64,000 nucleotides of DNA from Octopus bimaculoides (GCF_001194135.2 NC_068981.1:178467308-178531307); one strand, 5' to 3'; shown: positions 13,091-26,224, numbered from the stretch's first letter. Notes: generated by a model from the sequence alone, not told the origin. Program-made: numbers and translations.

Positions 13091-13669
13091 GACCTTTAAG
13101 TTTTAGATTAGTGGTAACATCCTAGTAGGCTAAGTTTCTCACATAGATTTTTCACATTTATTCTTGTGATTCTTATGTCCTTGAGGAAAACATGTTATCC
13201 ACAACCAATTTAAATGTTAAGACTTTTGCATATTGGATGAAAGCAATTGAAAAGTGCTTTTGTGAGCATTCATTTGCTATAATAGGATTATAATAAATTA
13301 TATTTGGACATGGAGATACTGATATTGAGAAAAAAAGGGAAAATAAAGATTGCCAAAGATAATTATAGCCTAAGATAATAAGAGTAATGTTCCTTGCTAA
13401 ATAGCAGCCTTTGATTCTTAACTTATTACCATTATACTTCTTATAACATATTTTTTACTAGCTCCAGTCAGTGGACTGCATTCATGCTGGGGATTTTACT
13501 AGAAAAGCTCTTAGTTGATTATATCAATCACAGATTTTAGTCAAGCATTTATCTTATCAGCTTTGAAAGTGAACAGCAGGCAAAGTCAGTATGGTGTAAA
13601 GGGACATAATGAAGGCAAATCAAAATATTGCTAGGCATTTTCATTTAGTGCTCTGATTTTGCACTCTCA

Positions 13670-14212
13670 CTGTGTACATACATCAATGGCTGATGCATCT
13701 GGACACATCTTCAGTCATGTGCCTAGTATCTTTGAGTGTTTCAAGTCTTACAACATCAGACACCCTCCTCCAGGTGACCCAGCTGAGGCTGATCAGGCAC
13801 CGGCTTGTGTCTAGATGGCTGGTTAGCTAACCCATGGCTCTCCACTTTTGATCCACAGCCATCTTGAGGCCCCCTTTGCCGCATCAGTGGTACTGCAGAT
13901 GGTCTTCCTCCTCACTCCTTCGATGCCTAAACTGGGAAACCCCTGCATCCAACCTCCACTGGGAGACACCTCGCTCTCCAACCAGCCCGCTGGCAGTCAC
14001 TGACCAGACCCACGTACTTACAGAGCTTTCTCTCAAAAGCTTCTTCCAGACGATCTTCCCGTGGGACAGTCAGCTCCAGCAGCAGCACTTGCTTGGTGGA
14101 CACTTGGACATGAGGACAATGTCTGGTCACAGAGTGGTGACTGCAATGTGGCCAAGGAACTTTAGCTGATGCTCAAGATCCACCAGTAGCTACCAGTCTC
14201 TTGCAGATGTTA
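13670..14212 (-). mobile_element. 5'-truncated non-LTR retrotransposon with restriction-like endonuclease (HERO/NeSL-type)
   Basis: LLVDLEHQLKF..HIAVTTL*PDIVL..STKQVLLLELTVPREDRLEEAFERKL..Y..LVSDCQRAGWRARCLPVEVGCRGF (PD-(D/E) RLE domain) plus 3' UTR; GC-rich. Confidence 0.85.
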
Positions 14213-14506
14213 GGATACTATTCAAGCGCACACATATATATTCATTTGCATAAATGCTTATGACTGGCTTTTACTGATCCCATTTACCAAATTCAACTCA
14301 AAAGGCTTTTGTTGACTTGAAGCTATGGCCGAGAAAAATACCGAGTGTCACACAGTGGACTTGAAGATGGAAACATGAGGTTGTGAAGCAAACATTTTAA
14401 TTATACACTCAAGTATATAAGTTCAAATATATTTGTATGAGAATTCATTTTTCTATTTCTAGTCATTCAGGTTTCATTCCTTGTAATATTTTATTGTTAT
14501 TTATAG

Positions 14507-14525
14507 AATATTCCTATAATTATAC

Positions 14526-14558
<33 letters not shown>

Positions 14559-14638
14559 GCCACAAGAATCTATGTATAACTATCAAGAAGAAACAGATGG
14601 ACTTCAGAATTCAAATTATCACCAGAATGCCCCTCAAG
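14507..14638 (+). CDS. SEC16: Sec16 exon 11 (polyQ)
   Basis: ttatag / gtaaga; EYSYNYT-Q11-PQESMYNYQEETDGLQNSNYHQNAPQ; phase 1-1. Confidence 0.87.
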
Positions 14639-15731
14639 GTAAGACATTGTTTTTTTTTCTTTTTTTATCCTTTAATAATCAGAATTAATTTATTTTGTTG
14701 GCATAATAACAAATTCTTATATTTAAAATGTTAGCTGAGAGAGAAGAGGCACTTAAGCTTTTGTATGGTCTGGTCTTCTTGATGGGTGTCAGTAATGTAC
14801 TTGACTGTCAGTTTGAAAAACTGGAGGTCAACATCTGTTGGTAAAATGTGGGAGAGTTGGGATTCTCAAGGGTGGTGAGAATGGTTAATAAAAAAAATGC
14901 TCAGTGCAGAATCTGGCAGGTAAAACATAGTAGGTAGGTTGAGAAGACCTGGATGTTTCTCAGAGTTTTATGCGCGTGCATGTGTTTGTGTGTGTGTCTT
15001 TGTCTTGGTTGTAAATAACCATCACCATCACCATCACACAAATGATGTTGCTCATTTCTAGTCTTCAGTGAAAAACATGTCTGGCCATGGGAACATATTA
15101 CCTTGTTTGGAATCAGGTGAGTGTTGGCAATAGGAAAGCTATCGAGTCAAAGAAAATCTGCTTAGTAAATTTACATCTGACCCATGCAAGCATGGAAAAT
15201 GGATGTTAAAAATGATGATGATACATATTGCCAAAACTGCAAGCCAAAGATGAAGCTTTTCTCTATATTTCATGCAAAAAAAAAGAATTGAAATCCTTAG
15301 TTAGTGTTTTTTTACTGTTTCACATTTGTTTTTCCATCCTAGCATGATTTGTATACATCTTTTTATAGATTTGGATATTTACATGCTTTCAAAGCTATGA
15401 TTTTTTGTTGTTGATTGCTTTTCCTAATACTAACTATTAAAATCTAAAATGAGAAGTAAGTGTGACAGTGATGTCTGTCAGACAGACTGACGCAATCAGA
15501 GTTGTATTTGTATTCATTACTATGTCTTCAGCAGTCAAATGCTTCAACCGCACAACTGTCATCTCTAAAATTTCTAATGCTACCTTATTTGGTTTTCTAT
15601 GCAAAATAAATGTGAAACAGTCAGAAAGTGAAAATAAATTAAAAGATTTTTATTTTGTCGTAAAAAGTTAGGAAAAAAAAATCACTGAGAGATTCTTTAT
15701 GATAATCTATTTGTTTCTGATGTTTTTATAG

Positions 15732-16000
15732 AGACAGTTGGATCTGATGCCCATCTTGGAGCTCGAAATAATACAAGTGATAATCAAGCATTTGGCAGTC
15801 AAGAACAGCAGGTTTCAGCCATATCTGGGACACAGTCTTGGGAAAAGCCTTTACATCCACCCCAAGCTCAAAATATAACCCAAGGATCTAATTTACATTC
15901 TGAAGAAGGAGTATCTGGAGATCAAGTAGCTTCTTCAACAACTGAAACTACTAATTCTGAAGGAGGTGGATTTGATTATTTTGGAAGCAGTACACACAAG
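15732..16000 (+). CDS. SEC16: Sec16 exon 12
   Basis: tttatag / gtgagc; open 269 nt TVGSDAHLGARNN...GGGFDYFGSSTHK; phase 1-0. Confidence 0.88.
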
Positions 16001-16541
16001 GTGAGCAACCAGTTGTAGTATTTACGAAAATGAACTATTCCACTCCTCAAATGAGACAGCATTAGCAATTGATGGCATCTCAGTATTAAGATTTCCTTTT
16101 TTTTATTATATTAAAGTATTATAATAATGGGTTGTTTTCAAATTATTATCATCTGGGTAATTTTGTGGAATATATTTTAATTTTTAACTTCTCCAAAAGC
16201 TTGCAGATGTATCGTGATGTTTTATTATATTCAAAGATTTTGGTGCTTTGTTGTATTCTGCAAATGATTGTGACATTTTAAAATTCAGTTGAGATGTATT
16301 TTCTCAGACATGGTGATTATATTACCTTAGATGAATAACAACTTTGTCTCTGTTATAAAACTTGTTTCCGTGTATTCTAAAATTTTATGGAAATATTTTA
16401 TTTTAGAAAAGTATATCAAATTGTAAATAAATAGCAAATTCTTCAGAAACCTTGTTCGCGTTTTTCATGGCCTTGATTATTTTATAAAAGATAAAATTAC
16501 TGCATTACTAATGAATGATTTCTGATATGGAATACACTGGT

Positions 16542-16577
<36 letters not shown>

Positions 16578-17671
16578 AATAAGAAGAAAAGTAAAGTAAT
16601 TGTTAAAACGGAGTGATGATAACCTATTTGCTTGTAAGGCTAATTACTTAGTTGATGTTACATGAACTTTTGATGTTACAACAGTTCTGAGATTAAGATA
16701 TGTCAGAGCATGCAGCCTTTTACTCCTTTTATTGTGGATAAAATTGTTTCTTAAAAGTATTTGCTTATAAAGATATTTTCAATAATAATGGAGTAAAATG
16801 AGGAGTGGATAAAAATGCATTGCTACTTCTATGCAAAAAAATGTTATATTATTTTTTTTTCTGTGACACTAGAGAAGCAAAACAATTTAATTATTTATTA
16901 TTCAATTACATCCAAAAGTAAAGTTGAAGCAAAATTTTTGTTGATACCTTACAGAGAAGGGGAACAGCAAATCTTTAATAATGTAATTGTTGCACTGTCA
17001 TAGAACTCTATTAAAATTGTTAGTAGGTTTAGCTGAAGTGCATATTATATTTAATTACTTAGATTTATAGTATTGGAGAATGTATCTTTTTTTTTTATGC
17101 TGTTTAGTATAGTTATCTTTTTTTTTCACAATGTTCAACTTAAATTTCCATTCATTCAGTTATATTGTTTATCTTTAAAGAGTATGAAGTTAATTTATTT
17201 ATATTTCTTTTGCTTTTGGATTTGATGTTATAACCTTGAAAATTGTGTTTATAATTAACCTTCCAGTTAGCTAATTAATTATAGCTTAAAAATGTGGTTA
17301 CTTTTTTTTAAAGTAAGGAATTAGCTGATTCTTTTGAGGAAAGCTTGTTTGTACAACATGGTTGATGATACAATAAGCAATGTATTATCTGAAGTCCACT
17401 AATTTGTTGAATTATATAACATTAGGATTATCATCAAGATGGTGGTGTGATGTAATGTATCATCATTGTTTAAAGTTGGAGATAGAGAGAGAGAGACATA
17501 CACACACACACACAGAAGTACAGTTTGAGGCTGAAATCAGTAGAAGCTGTAAAGGAAAGAGAGTTCTATTAGAAGAGCTTCTAATTTCAGAATCAACATG
17601 GATATTTCATTAGAATTTAGCAGAGAAACAAAACTGATGCTAAATGTTTGTGTGAAAATGATGAAGAATTT

Positions 17672-18115
17672 AGGCACCCATGCCAATGTCGTCTCCTTCA
17701 TTGGACATGAAACTCTGCTTGCGAAGACTTGTTGGGGAAAGCGAAATCGTAATGGCACCTGTGCCCAGCGTCGCCTTCCTGGCACTTGTGCTGGTGGCAC
17801 ATGTAAAGACATTCGAGTGAGATCATTGCCAGTGCCGCTGGACTGGCTCCTGTGCAGGTGGCATGTAATATACTCCATTTTGAGCGTGGCCGTTGCCAGC
17901 ACCGCCTGACTGGCTTTCGTGCCGGTGGCACGTAAAAGCACCCACTACACTCTCGGAGTGGTTGGCGTTAGGAAGAGCATCCAGCTGTAGAAACTCTGCC
18001 AAATCAGATTGGAGCCTGGTGTAGCCATCTGGTTTCACCAGTCCTCAGTCAAATCGTCCAACCCATGCTAGCATGGAAAGCAGACATTAAACGATGATGA
18101 TGATGATGATGATGA
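17672..18115 (+). mobile_element. SINE family A, long copy with internal tandem units
   Basis: three related ~60-nt units, then ggcgttaggaag-gcatccagc, then (GAT)n tail. Confidence 0.9.
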
Positions 18116-21100
18116 ATTTTGTCATTATTAAGCTGGTGTTTGGAACATCAATTAACATAATATTTTGAAAAAAGCATTTCATTTAGATCACTTTGATACA
18201 GGAAATTTGTGCCATAGAACCAGGCATGGTCTTCAGGCTGCTTGGTATCAAAAGGGTTATAGCAGAAGAACTTTCTCACCCGAACTTTTTTACAAATGGA
18301 ATTGTCAGAAAGTTTGCCCTGTGGATAGTAAATCAATGTTATTATTTGATGAATTTCATTTACCCAGGTGCAAAATAGAACATGAATTTATGTGAAAAAG
18401 GTTTACTGATAAAATATATGCAATGACTGAGAGCAATTCTAAGTATGTGTAAATCTGTTGGCCTAAATGTTTTGATATGATTAAAGCGATGAACATGCAT
18501 TGCTTGTAGCATAGTGTCAGCAAAAGGAAATTTTCAACTTTGAATTGAGTAACATTTTTGAAATTATTGCACAAACTTCTGGTCATTATCCAATTTTTAT
18601 TGGTGATATTACATTTAAAGATCATTAAAACCCTTTTGTACCTGTATTTTTAACAAAGATATAGTGACTTTTTCAATTAAATTTTAAAAAGAATCTAGAA
18701 TTTAGTTTGGCTCAGTACTCCTTACATTGTCATCATTTTACATCAATTTTTCTGTACTGGCATGGATGGATGGTCTACACCAATGCAGTATCTCAGCACT
18801 TATTGCTGTCATTTGCCACTTCCTTCATAAGATTCAGCATCCTGAGATCAGAATTCACTATGTTTCATGTTTTCCTTGGATTTCCTTTTCCAAGCTCTTT
18901 CCGCCCGGTTCTTCACTAAATTGTTATTTTTACATGCATCTGATTCAAAGCAGTCATCTTTCTTGTATCCTAATTCCTCTATTTAATTTATGAGAAAACT
19001 TTGGTGGTGTATGGAACAAAGTAATTTAATAGTAAATCTAAAATTTTCGAACTAAAGAAAAAAAAAATCTTCTCAGTTACTATTGACTAAAAACATACTC
19101 ATTTAATAAGATTAGATTTGTGTTGATGTAAATGTAAATATAAGTCAGTGTTTCTGCTGTTGGGATGAGGTTCATAGTCTGAAAAATTATCTTATGTAGT
19201 ATGATAGACTGCTGTTTACTATTTTGAGATCAAAAGGATCCATCAGTGGATGAGCTGCTATATCAAGAGAAGAAAGAACAGTATTGATGATGTTTTTTTT
19301 ACCTCCAAAAGCATTAATAACATAAGTAAACTGAAAGGGTGTTGGTTGATAATTGAAACTACATTGAAAGTTCATTGAAAGTTTAGTGTCTAATCAAAGG
19401 CACTCGATATATTCCATATATTTAGCATTAAATAGAGTTTTATTTAGAATGGTGAAAATGATGACACCTTATGGAGTTCTACAAAGACACAAAATAAACT
19501 ATACTGTTTTCTAATTTGGAACTGTGCTCTCTGTTCAGCCTTGAAGAGATGGGCTGTTTCTGCTGCATGTATATATGTTGGGGCATTTTGTATCTGTTTT
19601 CCCATCCAATTTTTTAATGTTTGATGTGTCTGATGGTGTTACAGCAAGATGGCCTTGCAAATTTCACAGCATGATGGATAATTTGTAATAATGTTAAACA
19701 GCAATAGAGGATCCACTGAAAAATAAACTTGAATTATTTTGTGTGTTTCAAACTGATAAGAGTTGCACAAACCAATGTTTTTATTTTTGTAGCTGGTTTT
19801 CCTTGACTGGATGCTGTTTCTTTAACCAACAGTAGAACTATTACCTTGTCACCCGAAGAACCCTTTTTTTTTTGGTTTTTTAAAGCATATAACACAATGA
19901 ACTACATCTAAAGCATCCAGTGTTTCCTTTCTCTATACTGATTGTTATCATTTACTTGATAAAATACCACAGATTTTAAAGAAAATTTAACTATTATTTA
20001 AGAAAAGAGAAGTTAAAATATGAAATGAAAATAAGTGTTAATGAAAGAAATATAAACAGGAATTCTTATATCTGTGAAAAGCTTCATACTAGAGCAAAAC
20101 TTTTCCCACTAAACATTTTAATTTTTTTCTTAATTGGTCTCAAGATTTATACATTTGAATTTGAATTTGAAGCAATGACTTTTACAATTGGATGAAAAAA
20201 GTATTAGTTATTGTGGAAGTGATATATAGTTACTTGAGCTAGCTAGAGTAATGTACCTTGTTGATACAAAGGATGCATAACTTGGATTGCTGCTGGTCGA
20301 CCTGGCACATGAGTTTCTTATAAATTTTACTTTTCAATCATTGTATTATTAATAATGAAGTATTAACATGAGGCTTTCTGAAAAGTTTTATAATGTTTGA
20401 AAGATCTATTCAATTTTAACTAATTTGGAAATGCTGATTTTAAACGAACTAAGCTTATTCAGTTTTTTTCCTCCCTACAAATTTTTATGTTGTACTTGTC
20501 TTATAACAAAAAGATTATTTTCTTTTCTCACAACTCCAAGATGAAATATTTAGAATAATACTTTATTTTTACAATACTTTGAAACCTATGGAGGTTTATT
20601 AATGTTGGAAAGAATAGATTGAAAAGGTGTTTCACTTGCCTACATGGAAAAAGATCTGTTGGACTGTTCCTGTTAGCTTTGATTGAGCAAATCTATTATC
20701 TAAAAGAAAACTTTGTGACCATATACAAACTCATGATTCTAGATGTTTATTTGGGTTTTATTATTCTAATATTATTCTAATAAATTAGATATGCAGAACA
20801 GTAAATTATCAAACAGCTTTTTATATAATGGTCTTTAACTAAGAGGAATTTTATATAAGACATTTAGTTTGGATGATAGAATGCTAGAAAAAATATGCTT
20901 TGCATCTCCATGGGAAGAGTCTCGTGCATTTGTAAACAAAATACAATTGACCATAAATAGTGGGTTACTCAAAGGTAAAAGTGTAATAGAGATTCTGTTC
21001 TTGTTGCTTGTGATGTGGATAAATTGCATTCAATTTTATGATATATCAAATTAAATCCATCAACAGACAGATTTCCAAGAACGAAAAAATATTTTGGCTG

Positions 21101-21535
21101 AAAGGAAGGAGACAATTTGGATGTTATTCATACTTCAAATTTTTACAAAAGATAGCATTATAAAAAGCTAACCTAAGTGTTCCACATTATCTAGTTTGAT
21201 ACTGCACTGTTTAAGTTAAGATCATGTCAGAGTCAATTCCAAGGTTAATAAAATGTTACAATAATGTACAGTACTGTTCAGTATGTCCTATTATCATTAT
21301 AATACACTTATTCTCAATACAATAGCAAGAAAGATAAGTTCTTTGTGAATTGAATTGCCGCATTTTGATTTTAGTCAGGAATTGGTCTATTTATGTCATT
21401 AAGGCAAATCTTAATTACTAATATACCTCTCACTAATATACCAGTAATTTGAGACTGCATGTTGTTATTGTTGTTGTCATTTGATATGATAAGGAAGGAA
21501 TGAATTTCTTATGTAGTATTTTTTTTCTCTTGTAG

Positions 21536-21679
21536 CCTATCATTGCACCAACACGTTACGGGAATAATCGCCAGCGCACAATATCAGAAAGCAGCAATGT
21601 CAGTAATGGCAGTGCCAATAGTGTCAAAATGGCATCACCAAAGAAAACAAATAATGCTGCCAAACCCAAACCTGTAACT
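21536..21679 (+). CDS. SEC16: Sec16 exon 13
   Basis: ttgtag / gtaagt; PIIAPTRYGNNRQRTISESSNV...KPKPVT; phase 0-0. Confidence 0.87.
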
Positions 21680-21748
21680 GTAAGTAAAAAGAAAAAATCC
21701 TGTCCTATTTGATAAGGTAGTTTATTATGGGATACAAATTTATTTATG

Positions 21749-21940
21749 TACTCTTTTACTTGTTTCAGTCATTTGACTGCGAGCACCGCCTTTAGTCGAG
21801 CAAATCAACCCCAGGACTTATTCTTTGTAAGCCTAGTACTTATTCTATCGGTCTCTTTTGCCGAACCGCTAAGTTACCGGGACATAAATACACCACCATC
21901 GGTTGTCAAGCGATGTTGGGGGGACAAACACAGGCACACA

Positions 21941-22002
<62 letters not shown>

Positions 22003-22336
22003 TACTCTCTGAGTGATTGGCGTTAGGAAGGGCATCCAGCTGTAGAAACTCTGCCAAATCAGATTGGAGCCTGGTGTTGCCATCCGGTTTCACCAGTCCT
22101 CAGTCAAATCGTCCAACTCATGCTAGCATGGAAAGCGGATGTTAAACGATGATGATGATGATGATGATGATGATATGACAGGCTTCTTTCAGTTTCCATC
22201 TACCAAATCCACTCACAAGGCTTTGGTCGGCCTGAGGCTATAGTAGAAGACACTTGCCCAAGGTGCCATGCAGTGGGACTGAACCTGGGACCATGTGGTT
22301 GGTAAGCAAGCTACTTACCACACAGCCACTCCTGCA
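21749..22336 (-). mobile_element. SINE family B interrupted by a family A 3' fragment (22004-22176, +)
   Basis: B 3' half, (TA)n, A fragment in opposite orientation, then B 5' half ending ccacacagccactcctgca. Confidence 0.88.
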
Positions 22337-23313
22337 TTTTAAATTGTTTTATATTTCACCATATTCACTTGGATTATTATGAAAATGCAAGAACTTATCT
22401 GTTCACTTTGTATCTTTGAGGTCAGGAGGAATAGGAGACCCTTAACTTATAAACAGGTAGGGAATAACATTGGGAAGGGCATCCAGCTGTGAAAAGGACA
22501 ATACCTCCGTAACATATTTGTGTAAGCCATGCTAACATGAAAAAACAATTGTAAAAATGATCTACTGAACAAAGTATGCATTTGGGTAAGCTTTTGGAAC
22601 AAGTTCTTTATAGCTAGATGTCTTTCCATTGATAACCATTTAATGCTTTGTCCCCCTCCGTGCTAACATGGAACATGGACGTTAAATGATGATGATGATG
22701 ATGATAATTATAATTTTTGCATACAACTTCGATGAAAGCTTTATGGTGAAATTTGTATTTAGCATTATAAACAATTACTGTAACTCTGTCATTATTTATA
22801 TGTTTGACTGGAGGTTATGTAGAAAGCTCTTTTAGTAGGTGTAGATGACAAATAGAAGCTTTCAAAATCTAGAGTGAAAGGTATTAGAGTTTTGGGGTTA
22901 AAGATACATACAAAAGACTGTATAAATGAAGATGTCACTGCTGTAAATTATCAATTCTGTGGTAAGTCATTAGTAGTTGCACAAAGATGCCAGAAATATA
23001 CTAAATATTTTAAAATAATTTTATTTAATTTCTCAAAGAAAAAGAAAAAACAAAATAAATAAAATAAAATAAAATAAATAAATGAAATAAATATTAAAAT
23101 TATCCTTCACATCCAATGATATATTTTGACTATTTATAGTAAGCTCTTGCTTTACTAAATATATTTCCTATTCTAGTATTCCAACAGAGTTCTAGTTGTT
23201 ATTGCAATCTTTATTATGGACAATACTTTCCCAGCATTAAGGATTAAAACTTCAATCTCCATTTGTAACAGTGCTATTAACAATAACGATACCTTGAAAT
23301 CTCAATTCTTCAG

Positions 23314-23412
23314 GGAGAGACCAAGGGTTGGTGGAATAGTTTGAATATATTCAGTCAACTTGGAAGGCAGAAGAAGAATGAAATGATACTTCCTGAAGAT
23401 AAAAATCCTGCT
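23314..23412 (+). CDS. SEC16: Sec16 exon 14 (start of C-terminal conserved motif)
   Basis: ttcag / gtaagt; GETKGWWNSLNIFSQLGRQKKNEMILPEDKNPA (LPxDKN motif); phase 0-0. Confidence 0.93.
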
Positions 23413-23569
23413 GTAAGTTGCATTAATTATTTTTCCGAAGACAATTTTAAAATTATGTTACAATTTTTTTTTTCTGGCATGTAGCTGAAGCCAATTAAAG
23501 ACAACTAATTTTTAATGTCTCTTCATCAAATTAGCTAAGTATTTCAAGTTCTAATATTTATCAAGTCCA

Positions 23570-23760
23570 AGGTGGTGAGCTGGCAGAACTGTTAGCATGC
23601 CGGGCAAAATGCTTAGCGGTATTTTGTCCTTCATTAAATTCTGAGTTCAAATTCTGCCACGGTTGATGCTGCTTTTTATCCTTTCAGGGTTGATAAAATC
23701 GATGTAATCAACTTAACCCCTCCCCTGAAATGGATGGTCTTGTGCCAAATTTTAAAACCA
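23570..23760 (+). mobile_element. SINE family C
   Basis: ggtggtgagctggcagaa...ctgagttcaaattc...ttatcctttcagggttgataaaat. Confidence 0.85.
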
Positions 23761-24078
23761 ATATTGATCAAGTCCTGTTTTGATTTGGTGGTTTTCATCA
23801 CAACAATCTCCCTTGGTAATTGAATCTTCTCTCTATGGATTCCATAGGAAAAGTTTGTTGCTTTGTGAGCTTGTTGCATTGCTTGTGTATTTTCTATTGT
23901 TGACAACTGATAATTTCTAAGATAATATATTTTCACAGGTCGACTTTTTGCCTATTTTCTTATAGGCTGTATCCTTTTCTGTAAGGGCATATTTCTTTCC
24001 CTCTGTCACCAGAACATTTAAAATAAAGTAAATGGTGAAATGGTGAAGTTTTGGCTTTTTGTTTTAAAGCAGTATTAA

Positions 24079-24282
24079 CCCTTTAGCATTTAAACCAGCC
24101 AAATACTCTATCTATTTTATGTTCTTTCTGGCCAGACCCTGCTTCTCACACCTACTCTGCAATATCATTCTAAAAATAATAACATCATTAAAATCTAGAG
24201 CTATGAGATAATGCATGAGTAATTCAAAACAATATGTATAAATAAGCATTATATTTGACAGACTAATCTGATTGCTAAATGA
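24079..24282. mobile_element. piggyBac-type MITE (TTAA TSD)
   Basis: TTAA|ccctttagca ... tgctaaatga|TTAA (right TIR decayed). Confidence 0.7.
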
Positions 24283-24999
24283 TTAAAAGAAAACTCTCTT
24301 TATAGATGTAGATTGATATGTCATTATTTACTAATGTTTAAATTACTATAAAGAAGTTATTATAAATAATGGTAATATGTTATTTATTTAAAAGTAACTG
24401 CAAGGTTCTTCAATAAATCCTAGTTTGTTAACCATAGTTCCCCTTATTACTAGAAATTTTCATAATACACTCTTTAATTTATATATATATATATATATTT
24501 TATATCACTGCTGGAATTATTTTCTTGTTTCTCCTTTCACACAGAACTGGGGTGGGGAGAACCCCCCCTCCAAAAAACAAAATGAAAACAAAAGAAATTT
24601 TAAGGCCTTTATATATAAATAATTTAACTTTGTGTTATACGATGATTGTATACTCCCATCTCTAGAAACCTGGTAATTTAAGAGTTGTACTAACAGTTAT
24701 GATATTAAAATGTGACAGGAGTTGTTAGATTATTCCTTTTAATTAATAAAAATTTTGCTCTTATTTCATTTTTCCTCTTTAACCCTTTTGTGACACATGA
24801 TATTTTGGTATATGTAGCCAAAAAGACCAAAGTTTTTTTTTCCTGTTGAGATTGAAATTGATGGGTGCATGTAGAAAACAAGGGATAAAGTGCTTAAAAC
24901 TACTTTATTAGTATGTAAAACTATATATATATTATATAGTATGGGGGCCAGTCGTCAAATTTAGTTCGATTTCGATTTCACTGGCCTCAACAGATCTTC

Positions 25000-25433
25000 T
25001 CCTTCATTGGACACTAAACTCTGCTTGCAAAGACCTGTTGGGGCAAGTGAAAGAGAAATTGTGATGGCACCACCGTTCGGGTGTGATCGTTACCAGCGTC
25101 ACCTTCCTGGCACTTGTGCCGGTGGCATGTGAAAAGTCATTCGAGCGAGATCGTTGCCAGTACCACTGGACTGGCTCCTGTGCAGGTGGCACGTAAAATA
25201 CACCATTCTGAGCATGGCCGTTGCCAGTACCGCCTGACTGGCCTTCGTGCCGGTGGCACGTAAAAACACCCACTACACTCTCGGAGTGGTTGGCGTTAGG
25301 AAGGGCATGCAGCTGTAGAAACTCTGCCGAATCAGATTGGAGCCTGGTGTAGCCATCTGGTTCACCAGTCCTCAGTCAAAGTGTCCAACCCATGCTAGCA
25401 TGGAAAGCGGACGTTAAACGATGATGATGATGA
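25000..25433 (+). mobile_element. SINE family A, long copy
   Basis: collinear with 17672-18115. Confidence 0.9.
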
Positions 25434-25794
25434 TAGTATGATATTATATCTATTGAAAGACAATCACGGATAGACTGTTACACTTCAAAACATGTGTTTC
25501 ATTGGACCAATGGATCGACTTCAAAGTCCTTTCAGCTTGTATCACTTGGACCGATCAGTTGGGTGTTGCAAAAGGGTTAGAAAAAATCTTTCAGTTATAT
25601 TTCATTTTTGGAATGAATACTTTTCTAATAAAATTCAAATTGAAATACTTGTTTTATTTTGATGAGGAGCATCTAGTTGTTAAAGCTGATTAATTTGGTA
25701 ACCAATTTATTAACAATTTTTTCATAGATTGTTGAAGAGAGAACGGAAGATGTATTCATGTTAATTTTGCTTTTTAACCCTTGTTTGTCATCAG

Positions 25795-25897
25795 ATTGTG
25801 TGGGATGCTGAAAGAAAGAAATGGATCAATACAGGAGAGGACGAAGAACCAGAAGCTGAGACTGCTCCACCACCTAAGGATATAGATCTAAATAAAC
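25795..25897 (+). CDS. SEC16: Sec16 exon 15 (C-terminal conserved motif)
   Basis: tcag / gtaaga; IVWDAERKKWINTGEDEEPEAETAPPPKDIDLNK (IVWDxxKxxWVN...PPP); phase 0-1. Confidence 0.94.
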
Positions 25898-26224
25898 GTA
25901 AGATTAGATTCCTGATATTTTTATTACAATGCTGATATGATAGACTAGTTGTTAACTTACCCCATTCATAGAATTTTTAAGATTTATAATTTCAGCATCC
26001 TAAATGTTTAATTTCTCTCTACCCCAACTGTCAGAAATTAAACCAAGCCCTAAAAGAATACAATTGTTAGATTATACACGTACGACTAGAATGGAGATAG
26101 CAAGCAATAATTGAAGGTACTTGGAATGTACAAGACAATATATAATTCAACATTTAAAAGTTCATACATTAAATTAAGAAATTATTTATATAATGCAGTT
26201 GTCAAGGTGCAGGCATGCCCATAT

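Noticed and set aside
13736-13765. Minus-strand GGUGU-CUGAUG-UUG...GAAACAC in the LINE 3' UTR resembling a hammerhead
   Set aside because: Core reads CUGAUGU rather than CUGANGA and there is no stem III/NUH site; a simple stem-loop explains it
19229-19290. Protein-like stretch DQKDPSVDELLYQEKKEQ as an extra exon
   Set aside because: Available acceptor is phase 1 while the flanking Sec16 exons need phase 0; no good donor
20869-21054. ORF with AAG|gtaaaa donor as an extra exon
   Set aside because: Phases are incompatible with exons 12 and 13; more likely decayed repeat sequence
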